Of a stretch of 64,000 nt of DNA, positions 56,937 to 64,000 are shown piece by piece (positions within the stretch are counted from its first letter, which is position 1; each line of letters starts with the position of its first letter). The position numbers and the translations under genes are program-made. The stretch is taken from NCBI GenBank assembly GCA_035623755.1, contig DASPSV010000032.1, forward strand, positions 10,765-74,764, read 5' to 3'. The notes beneath the pieces are model-generated. The model made no database searches, was not told the origin of the DNA, and saw only the letters and a list, made by a program, of their open reading frames with translations. Source of the DNA: Gemmatimonadales bacterium (GTDB lineage: Bacteria > Gemmatimonadota > Gemmatimonadetes > Gemmatimonadales > JACORV01).

Positions 56937-59306
56937 GTGGTTACCCGTGGACGGAGGGCGGGCGCGAGAGTCGTCGCGCCCCTGCTCTCACTCCTCGCCT
57001 GTCTGCAGGCGACCGGGCGGCTCCGTGCCCAGGCGCCCCCCGCCCCCGCCCCCGACATCACCGTCGTCGCCACCCGCGACTTCCGGCCGACCGCCGTGCT
57101 CCTGTCCCACTTTCAGTTCTGGGTCGCGGTCGACAGCGCCGCCGGCGGCGTCGTCCTCCGGAGCGCTACGATCAACCCGGTCACGTTCACGGGGTGGATC
57201 CGCGTCGAGGGCTTCCAGCCCGGCGAGCGCGCTCCGGAGCTGGCCCGGTTCGCGGACAGCGTGCGGTTCTCCTCCGACGGGCGGGTGACGCTCCTGGTGG
57301 CGGACTCCGCCACCGGCGCGCCGCTCGCGGTGGAGGCGCAGGGCGACACCGCCGTGCCGGCGGGCAAGCTCGTGATCACGGCGCCCCGCTGGCCGTTCGG
57401 CCGCGTGGTGCTCGTGACGATCGACCCCGCCGACCTCTACGAGCACCGCTGGCGCTCGGTCGGCTACGGGGTGCGCGACCGGATCCGCGTGGACGACGCC
57501 CGCCATGTCGTCTTCCTGCAGGACACCACCATCGCCCGGACGGTGATCGCGATCGCCCCCGGGCGCGGCACCCGCGCCGCCATCCGGACCGAGAGCACGA
57601 CGTTGATGCGCAGCACCGAGTTCGGGGGGCGCGAGCGGAGGACGGTCGGACGCGTGGTGCTGGCGCTGGAGCCGTCACGCGACGCCGGGGGCCGGCTCCG
57701 GGTGGAGGTGGTCTTTGGTCGAGGCGAGACGGAGGACGCGGCCGCCGGCGCGGTGGCCCAGGCGATCCAGGATGATCCCGCGCCGTACACGCCCCCCGGC
57801 CTGCGGGTGGCCACCCCCTCCTCCGACGTCGGCGTGCTGCTCGCGCACGTGCTGGCCGCGGCGCACCCGATGCTGCGCTACGACCGCATCGCCACCTTCC
57901 GCAACGTGCCCGCCGGCTCCTACACCTTTCTCGCCGCGTTCGATCGCGACGGCTGGTACGGCGCAACCACGGCCCTGCAGCTCGGCGACGCCGAGGTGGT
58001 GTGTTCCGAGTACGCCCTCATGAAGCAGTACGCCGGGCCCGGCGGCGCCCAGCGCCACGAGGTCTGGAACCGTTTGGGCGCGCAGGGAACCTACGTGTGG
58101 ACCGACGACTGGGGCGGCCGGTGGATGGCGGACAAGGATCCGTACCAGATCCTGAAGGGCTACGCCTGCTACCGCGCGACGCGGGATGCCGCGTGGCTCG
58201 GCGAGGAGCTGCCGAATCTGCGGCGGATCGCCCGCTTCGTGCTCGGGACCGACTACCGCGCCGACGGGCTGGTGGAAGGCGTCAGCGACGGCACGTACTC
58301 GGAGCTGTCGCCGCTGTCGGCGTCGGGTCAGTCGTACCGGTCCGAGGATCCGTACGTGAATGCGCTCGCGGCCTACGCGCTCGACCGGCTCGCGGAGCTC
58401 GAGGACGAGGCGTCGCGGCGGCTGGCTGCCCCGGCTCTCGCCGACAGCGCGGCGGCGTGGCGCACCGCGGCGACGGGCATCCGCGCGGCCCTGCCCTCGC
58501 TGTGGCGGCCCGCGATGGGGTGGTTCGCCTACCACGTGCGGGCGGACAGCGCGGGGAGCTGGGACCATTTCCACCTCCAGCCGGTGGACGCCCTCGTGTT
58601 CGGCGCGGTCGCGGACACGGGGATGCGGGCGGCGATGGTCGGCACGATCCTGCGGCCCGAATTCTGGGACGCGCGCAATCGCGGGTTCACCGCGGTGCCG
58701 AGCGACGATCCGTGGTACGACCGGAGCGGCTACTGGACGGGATGGGGCTGGCACATCCTCGACTTCAAGGCCCTCGAGGCGCTGTTCCGCTACGGCACGG
58801 GCGAGCAGCGCCGGGTGGCGTGGCAGCGGCTCGACGACGAGGCGTCACGGATCGTGCACGTCAACTACGGGCGCCCCGGCGAGCGCGGTGACAACAACGG
58901 GCTCTTCATGTTCTCGGCCGGAGCGTACCTCGACCTCATGGCGCGGGGTCTGTTCGGCGTGGACGAGCACCTCGACTCGGTGGAGGTCGCGCCGCACGTC
59001 GACGGGATCGCGGACGACTCGACGTGGCGGCTGGACGGCTGGAGGCTGAGCCACGACTCGCTGAGCGTGGCGTACCGTCCGGCGGACCGCGCGGCGACCG
59101 CCGCGCTCGGCGCGGCCCGGCACGTGAGGCTGGTGGTGCGGTTCCCCTGGCTCGGGCCGGGCTCCTGCGCCGAGCTGCACCGCGGAAGCGCACCGGTCGA
59201 GCATCCCGAGGTGACGTACCGGCCCGACGGCTCCGCCTTCCTCGACATCCCCGGCCAGGCCAGGCCGGCGGTGCTCAGGCTGTCCGCGCGCCCCTGCGGC
59301 GGCTGA
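56937..59306 (+). CDS. Large secreted protein, probable (alpha/alpha)6-barrel glycoside-hydrolase-like enzyme
   Basis: In-frame GTG followed by a signal peptide (VVTRGRRAGARVVAPLLSLLACL) inside ORF 56223..59306. The C-terminal half is rich in W/Y/D motifs (GYWTGWGWHILD, DPYVNALAAYAL). Family not resolved. Confidence 0.5.
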   Translation: MVTRGRRAGARVVAPLLSLLACLQATGRLRAQAPPAPAPDITVVATRDFRPTAVLLSHFQFWVAVDSAAGGVVLRSATINPVTFTGWIRVEGFQPGERAPELARFADSVRFSSDGRVTLLVADSATGAPLAVEAQGDTAVPAGKLVITAPRWPFGRVVLVTIDPADLYEHRWRSVGYGVRDRIRVDDARHVVFLQDTTIARTVIAIAPGRGTRAAIRTESTTLMRSTEFGGRERRTVGRVVLALEPSRDAGGRLRVEVVFGRGETEDAAAGAVAQAIQDDPAPYTPPGLRVATPSSDVGVLLAHVLAAAHPMLRYDRIATFRNVPAGSYTFLAAFDRDGWYGATTALQLGDAEVVCSEYALMKQYAGPGGAQRHEVWNRLGAQGTYVWTDDWGGRWMADKDPYQILKGYACYRATRDAAWLGEELPNLRRIARFVLGTDYRADGLVEGVSDGTYSELSPLSASGQSYRSEDPYVNALAAYALDRLAELEDEASRRLAAPALADSAAAWRTAATGIRAALPSLWRPAMGWFAYHVRADSAGSWDHFHLQPVDALVFGAVADTGMRAAMVGTILRPEFWDARNRGFTAVPSDDPWYDRSGYWTGWGWHILDFKALEALFRYGTGEQRRVAWQRLDDEASRIVHVNYGRPGERGDNNGLFMFSAGAYLDLMARGLFGVDEHLDSVEVAPHVDGIADDSTWRLDGWRLSHDSLSVAYRPADRAATAALGAARHVRLVVRFPWLGPGSCAELHRGSAPVEHPEVTYRPDGSAFLDIPGQARPAVLRLSARPCGG

Positions 59307-60495
59307 GCGCCGCCGCCAGCCAGATCCAACCCAGCAGCGCCAGCGCGTGCGGCCGCGAGGCCGTGCGCAGCAGCAGCGCCAGGTTGACCGGGACGCTGAA
59401 CGCCGAGCCGAGCGGCGTCTCGGGAAGCCAGCGCCGCAGCGCGATCACCTGACTGCCGGAGACGCCGCCGGTTCGCAGCCGCGCGAGGATCGCACGCTGC
59501 AGGTCGGCGTCGCGCAGCGCCCGCCATCCTGGCAGCCGGACCAGGTTCCACACCGTGGCGGCGTTCCCGTAGCCGTGCATGTCGGTGGAGCCGAGCACGG
59601 GCCGGTGCTCCAGCCGCGACCACGAGATCACGGTGCGCCGTCCGGAGGGAGGCAGGTCCATCGCCTGGGGCGCGCTGGTCCAGATCTCGAAGCCGTCCAC
59701 GCCCCACTCGCTCAGCTGGCCGAACTCCGCGCCCGTATGACGTCGCCAGTCCTCGGGCAGGGTCGGCACCAGGAAGACGGAATCGGCGTGCAGCCGCCGC
59801 ACCAGCGCGCCGGTGGCGTCCCACGAGGCGTCCCACGGCCGGTTGGCGACCAGGGCGCTGTCTCCGAGCGCCAGCACGTGAATGCCGGCGAGCGAGATCT
59901 CCTCGCCGTCCAGCAGGCGCGGGAGCCCGGCCGGCGCCTCCGCGCGCCACGCCCTCGCCGCGCCGGCCGCGTTGTGGTCGGTGACGAACGCGACGTCGAA
60001 GCCCGCGCGGGCGTGCCAGGCGGCGTTCTGCGCGGCGCCGAAGCCGGGGCGCCCGTCGTGCGAGAGCGCCGTGTGCGAGTGGACGTCGAGCACCAGGTCG
60101 TCGGCGCTCGCCGCCACGAGGCGCGGGATCGGGCGCGGCAGCCAGTAGCCCCAGCCGGCGAACGCCGCGAGCGCGAGGAGGAAGGCCGCCGCGCCGAGCA
60201 TCTCCCGTCGCCAGGCCCGCCCGGCGGTGGCGCCGCGGGAGACGGCCAGCCGCACGAGCGCGTAGGCGACGATCGACCACAGGGCGAAGCCGATCAGGTC
60301 GCGCCGCGAGCCGCCGTTCAGCCAGTCCGCGAGCAGCGTGAGCGGGGCGAGGACGACGTGCCCGGCGGGATAGGCGAGGCGCGCCGTGGCGGGAGGCGTC
60401 CAGGCGACGACGTCGATCAGCGGAGGGAGCGCGAACGCCTGCGCGAGGACGACGCAGGCGGTGAGGGCCAGAGGAACGCGCCAGGGGAGGCGCAT
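59275..60495 (-). CDS. Membrane-anchored PHP-domain metal-dependent phosphoesterase
   Basis: 406 aa. N- and C-terminal TM helices. LVLDVHSHTALSHDG and FVTDHN PHP motifs. Confidence 0.7.
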   Translation of the reverse strand: MRLPWRVPLALTACVVLAQAFALPPLIDVVAWTPPATARLAYPAGHVVLAPLTLLADWLNGGSRRDLIGFALWSIVAYALVRLAVSRGATAGRAWRREMLGAAAFLLALAAFAGWGYWLPRPIPRLVAASADDLVLDVHSHTALSHDGRPGFGAAQNAAWHARAGFDVAFVTDHNAAGAARAWRAEAPAGLPRLLDGEEISLAGIHVLALGDSALVANRPWDASWDATGALVRRLHADSVFLVPTLPEDWRRHTGAEFGQLSEWGVDGFEIWTSAPQAMDLPPSGRRTVISWSRLEHRPVLGSTDMHGYGNAATVWNLVRLPGWRALRDADLQRAILARLRTGGVSGSQVIALRRWLPETPLGSAFSVPVNLALLLRTASRPHALALLGWIWLAAALSRRRGARTA

Positions 60496-60501
60496 GCGAC
60501 G

Positions 60502-61134
60502 CTACGACCCGGCGTCGGCCGCCGTGTCGCGGAGGGCGCGCGCGACGCGTTCCGCCACGCGCTGGCGCTGCGCGGCCGTGCGGGCCGCCGGATGGTCGTG
60601 GCGCAGCGAGACCTCGGCCTGCTCGTCGAGCGCGATGCGGTACCACGCCCCGACCGGTGCGTGAGCGGGCTCGCCGCCGTCGGGGGCCGTGCCGTTCGAC
60701 GGGCGGCGGCCCACCGCGCGTGCCACCCGTCCCCGCGGCGCGACCGCGCCGGCGAACGCGATCTCCTCGGGGACCGGGAGGGTGCCGAGCGCGGTCGCGA
60801 CCCGCTTCTCGAGCACGTCGCCGGGCGAATCGGCGATGTCCTTCGTGATGGTCGCCAGCGTGGCGCCTTCCATCTGCCGCAGCTTGATGGACAGCAGCTG
60901 AAGCAGGTGCCGGTAGTTGTACGTCGCGGCCGTCCCGCGGCCCTCGGGCGGGCTCATCAGGTGGCGCGTGACGTAGAACCGGATGGTGCGGTCGGACGGG
61001 TGCGACTGCGCGGCGGCGTTGATCGGCGTCACGCCCGAGGCGTCGAGGATGCCCCCGGAGATGGCCGCGAGGTCGCGGATGTTCCAGGGCGCGAGCTTGG
61101 CGTATTCGCGGAGCGCCAGAAGAGCGTCGCTCAT
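60502..61134 (-). CDS. MerR-like HTH domain protein
   Basis: 210 aa. RTIRFYVTRHLMSPPEGRGTAATYNYRHLLQLLSIKLRQMEGATLATI resembles the MerR wing-helix and dimerisation start. Confidence 0.5.
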   Translation of the reverse strand: MSDALLALREYAKLAPWNIRDLAAISGGILDASGVTPINAAAQSHPSDRTIRFYVTRHLMSPPEGRGTAATYNYRHLLQLLSIKLRQMEGATLATITKDIADSPGDVLEKRVATALGTLPVPEEIAFAGAVAPRGRVARAVGRRPSNGTAPDGGEPAHAPVGAWYRIALDEQAEVSLRHDHPAARTAAQRQRVAERVARALRDTAADAGS

Positions 61135-61316
61135 CGTGGTGCAGAGTTCATATCCCGCGGCACGGCGCAGCGCAAGGAGGGCGCGGAGCGGGAGGTCTTG
61201 ACGCGCGGCGTCCCGGCTGCCCGCGGTTGTGGCGCCCCGACAAGCCTTTGCCGGGCGCGGGCAAATCCGGCGCGGTTCTTGCTGTTTCCGCGGTCAGCCC
61301 CCAGGGAGCGGAGTGC

Positions 61317-62435
61317 ATGGCCCGGTACAGAATCGCGTGGCTGCCCGGCGACGGCATCGGCCAGGATGTGATGGAAGCGGCTCGGATCGTGCTGGATGCG
61401 ATCCGGCTCGACGCGGACTACGTGCCCGGCGACATCGGCTGGGACTTCTGGTGCCGCGAGGGCGACGCCCTGCCGCCGCGCACCGTCGCGCTGCTCGAGG
61501 GCGTGCACGCGGCGATGTTCGGTGCGATCACCTCGAAGCCGGCGCGGGCGGCGGAGGCCGAGCTGGTGCCCGGGCTGCGCGGCACCGGCCTGGTGTACCG
61601 GTCGCCCATCGTCCGGATGCGGCAGATGTTCGACCTGTACGTGTGCCTGCGACCGTGCAAGGCCTATCCGGGCAACCCGCTCAACTTCGGCGACGCGATC
61701 GACCTCGTGATCTTCCGCGAGAACACGGAGGATCTGTACGCCGGCGTCGAATTCGGCCCGGTGCCGGCCGAGCTCGCGGCGACGCTGGCCCGGCTCTCCA
61801 AGCCGTTCGCCCCGTTCCAGGGCCTGGCACCCGACGCCTACGCGATCTCGTGCAAGGTGAACACGCGCAAGGGCTCCGAGCGCATCGTCCGCGCCGCGTT
61901 CGAGTTCGCGAAGCGGAACGGGCGCCGCAAGGTCACCGTGGTCCACAAGGCGAACGTCGTGCGGGCCACCGACGGCCTGTTCCTCGAGGAAGCGAAGCGG
62001 GTGGCGGCGGAGTACCCGGGCATCGCGATGGACGACGCCAACGTGGACGCGATCTGCATGTGGCTGCTCAAGAACCCGCGCAGCTACGACGTGCTGGTCG
62101 CCCCGAACCTGTACGGGGACATCATCTCCGATCTCGCCGCCCAGATGGTGGGGGGGCTCGGCTTCGGCTGCTCCGGCAACATCGGCGAGAAGCTGGCGGT
62201 GTTCGAGCCCTCGCACGGGTCGGCGCCGAAGTACGCCGGCCAGTACAAGGTGAATCCGCTCGCCACGATCCTCGCGGCGAAGATGATGCTCGAGTGGCTG
62301 GGCGAGCAGGGGATGGCCGAGCGGCTCGAGCGCGCCGTGGCGACCGTGATCCGTGACGGGAAGGCCCGCACCTACGACATGGGCGGCTCGAGCACCACGC
62401 TCGAGGTGGCCCAGGCCGTGGCGGCGGCGCTGTAG
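61317..62435 (+). CDS. Isocitrate/isopropylmalate/tartrate dehydrogenase family enzyme
   Basis: Start reset to MARYRIAWLPGDGIGQDV inside ORF 61227..62435. NLYGDIISDLAAQMVGGLG signature. Confidence 0.85.
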   Translation: MARYRIAWLPGDGIGQDVMEAARIVLDAIRLDADYVPGDIGWDFWCREGDALPPRTVALLEGVHAAMFGAITSKPARAAEAELVPGLRGTGLVYRSPIVRMRQMFDLYVCLRPCKAYPGNPLNFGDAIDLVIFRENTEDLYAGVEFGPVPAELAATLARLSKPFAPFQGLAPDAYAISCKVNTRKGSERIVRAAFEFAKRNGRRKVTVVHKANVVRATDGLFLEEAKRVAAEYPGIAMDDANVDAICMWLLKNPRSYDVLVAPNLYGDIISDLAAQMVGGLGFGCSGNIGEKLAVFEPSHGSAPKYAGQYKVNPLATILAAKMMLEWLGEQGMAERLERAVATVIRDGKARTYDMGGSSTTLEVAQAVAAAL

Positions 62436-62443
62436 GCCGGGCG

Positions 62444-63364
62444 ATGCCCGACGCGCCGCGGCGGATCGTCCTCCACGAGGTGGGCCTGCGGGACGGGCTG
62501 CAGATGGAGCGCGAGGTCGTGCCCACCGCGCGCAAGGCGCAGTGGGCCCGCGACCTGGCCGCCTCGGGCCTCGACGTGGTGCAGCTCGGCTCGTTCGTCC
62601 ATCCGGGGAAGGTCCCGCAGATGGCCGACACCGACCGGCTGTTCGCCGAGATCGGCCGGCCCGCCGGCGCGACGCTGTCCGCCCTGGTGCTGAACGAGAA
62701 GGGTCTGGAGCGCGGCTTGGCCGCGGGCGTCGACCTCCTGTGCATGGGCGTGTCCGCGAGCGAGACGCACAGCCGGAAGAACACCGGCATGTCGGTGGGC
62801 GAGGCGACGGACCGCATCGTGGCCATCGCGCGGCGCGCCGAACAGGCGGGTCGGCAGGTCCAGGTCTCGGTGCAGTCGGCGTTCGGCTGCGGCTACGAAG
62901 GCGCCGTGCCCGAGCGCCGCGTCCTCGACCTGGTGCGCCGGTTCCTCGACGCGGGCCTCACCCGCGTCAGCCTGGCCGATACCGCCGGGCACGCGGTCCC
63001 CGACCAGGTCGAGCGGCTGTACGCCGCGGTGTTCGCCGCCGGCCCCGGCCTCGAGGCCGCGTGCCACTTCCACAACACCTACGGCCTCGCGCTCGCCAAC
63101 TGCTGGGCGGCCCTGCGCAGCGGCGTGACCTGGTTCGAGGGGTCGGTGGCCGGCCTGGGCGGGTGCCCCTTCACCAAGGTCGCGGGCGGCAACACCTGCA
63201 CGGAGGACCTCGTGCACATGCTCCAGCGCTCCGGACAGCGCACCGACGTCGCTCTCGACCGGTTGATCGCCGTGGCCCGCGATGTCGCGGCGTTCTTCGG
63301 CCGCGACCTGCCGGGCAGCGTGTACCGCACCGGCACGGTGCGCGACGCGGTGGCGGCCACGTGA
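62444..63364 (+). CDS. HMG-CoA-lyase-like (HMGL family) carbon-carbon lyase
   Basis: 306 aa. EVGLRDGLQ, CHFHNTYGLALAN, GLGGCPF. Confidence 0.85.
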   Translation: MPDAPRRIVLHEVGLRDGLQMEREVVPTARKAQWARDLAASGLDVVQLGSFVHPGKVPQMADTDRLFAEIGRPAGATLSALVLNEKGLERGLAAGVDLLCMGVSASETHSRKNTGMSVGEATDRIVAIARRAEQAGRQVQVSVQSAFGCGYEGAVPERRVLDLVRRFLDAGLTRVSLADTAGHAVPDQVERLYAAVFAAGPGLEAACHFHNTYGLALANCWAALRSGVTWFEGSVAGLGGCPFTKVAGGNTCTEDLVHMLQRSGQRTDVALDRLIAVARDVAAFFGRDLPGSVYRTGTVRDAVAAT

Positions 63365-64000
63365 GCGGCGCGAAACTGCTCGGCGGCATCCGGGTCCTCG
63401 ACCTCACGAACGTGCTGTCGGGCCCGTTCGCCACTTCGCTGCTCGCGCTGCTCGGCGCCGAGGTCGTCAAGATCGAGAACCCGGTGGACGGCGACCTGGC
63501 GCGGAAGCTGGGCAACGTCCCGGAGCTGAACGATCGCCTGATGGGCACCAGCTTCCTGGCGCAGAACGCGAACAAGAAGTCGCTCACGCTCAACCTCAAG
63601 GAGCCGGAGGCGCGCGAGATCTTCCTCAAGCTCGTGCGCACGGCCGACGTGGTGGTGGAGAACTTCCGGCCCGGCGTGATGGACCGCCTCGGCCTGTCCT
63701 ACGGCACCCTGGCCGCGGCCAATCCCCGGCTCGTCTACTGCGGCATCTCGGGGTTCGGACAGACGGGCCCCGACGCGCAGAAGCCCGCCTACGACCAGAT
63801 CATCCAGGGCCTGAGCGGCGTCATGGCGATCAACGGGGACGAGCGGTTGAATCCGCTCCGCTGCGGGTTCCCCGTGTGCGACACCGTGGGGGGCCTCAAC
63901 GCGGCGTTCGCCATCATGGCGGCGCTGTTCCACCGCGAGCGGACGGGCGAGGGCCAGGCCATCGACGTCGCCCTGGTGGACTCGATCATGCCGCTGATGG
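63361..64000 (+). CDS. Family III CoA-transferase (CaiB/BaiF), 3' end beyond the window
   Basis: Not in the track because it has no stop in the window. My translation from the GTG at 63361 reads VSGAKLLGGIRVLDLTNVLSGPFATSLLALLGAEVVKIENP..VVENFRPGVMDRLGL..PAYDQIIQGLSG. GTGA overlap with the lyase gene. Confidence 0.85.
   Translation, partial: MSGAKLLGGIRVLDLTNVLSGPFATSLLALLGAEVVKIENPVDGDLARKLGNVPELNDRLMGTSFLAQNANKKSLTLNLKEPEAREIFLKLVRTADVVVENFRPGVMDRLGLSYGTLAAANPRLVYCGISGFGQTGPDAQKPAYDQIIQGLSGVMAINGDERLNPLRCGFPVCDTVGGLNAAFAIMAALFHRERTGEGQAIDVALVDSIMPLM

Noticed and set aside
63079-63933. 284-aa minus-strand ORF at the right edge
   Set aside because: It is antisense to the CoA-transferase gene. 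That gene has unmistakable family III motifs but is missing from the track only because it lacks a stop inside the window.

Overview
This is a very GC-rich (about 70% by eye), gene-dense bacterial chromosomal window. The gene content (GWxTD, TPR/SPOR and TolB-like proteins, M16 pairs) fits a Gemmatimonadota-like organism, but that assignment is a low-confidence guess. I support about 62 protein genes, one tRNA-Phe, and no rRNA, CRISPR array, transposase or integrase.

Most long ORFs in the track are antisense or N-terminally over-extended artefacts of high GC, rich in R, G, P and A. True starts were re-picked from conserved N-termini and checked against track frames. Features placed by hand-counting nucleotides may be off by 1-2 nt.

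The left two thirds of the window is housekeeping:
- A long minus-strand string: macro-domain protein, rhomboid, ddl, CBS-type enzyme, TonB-C lipoprotein, mutS, SPOR protein, holA.
- An ECF sigma/anti-sigma pair, NUDIX, two M16 peptidases, a beta-CASP enzyme and upp.
- A GH15-pgl-glk-HAD-zwf sugar operon with rpiA nearby.
- slt, lepB and infA.

The stretch 46-54 kb looks more accessory. It holds a cupredoxin, a lipoprotein plus beta-barrel pair, and several orphan proteins.

The most interesting signals, in order:
1. A 725-bp coding desert at 51.2-52.0 kb. It contains a sigma70-like promoter, many nested GC helices with GNRA loops, and a strong intrinsic terminator. This is a candidate ~425-nt structured RNA of a class I cannot recognise.
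2. A G-rich heptamer inverted repeat at 53.63-53.70 kb. It supplies TAG in all three frames and abuts a start codon with no Shine-Dalgarno (SD) sequence.
3. Uncharacterised two-gene envelope modules: a VWA lipoprotein with a polytopic membrane protein beside tRNA-Phe, and a TPR/CsgG-like lipoprotein with a beta-barrel.
4. A convergent pair of eukaryote-type genes, GH47 mannosidase and serpin.
5. Clean predicted operator sites: TGTGA-N6-TCACA upstream of the cupredoxin, and twin TGGTACCA boxes in a MocR divergon.

Nothing here can be called a defence system or mobile element from the sequence alone.
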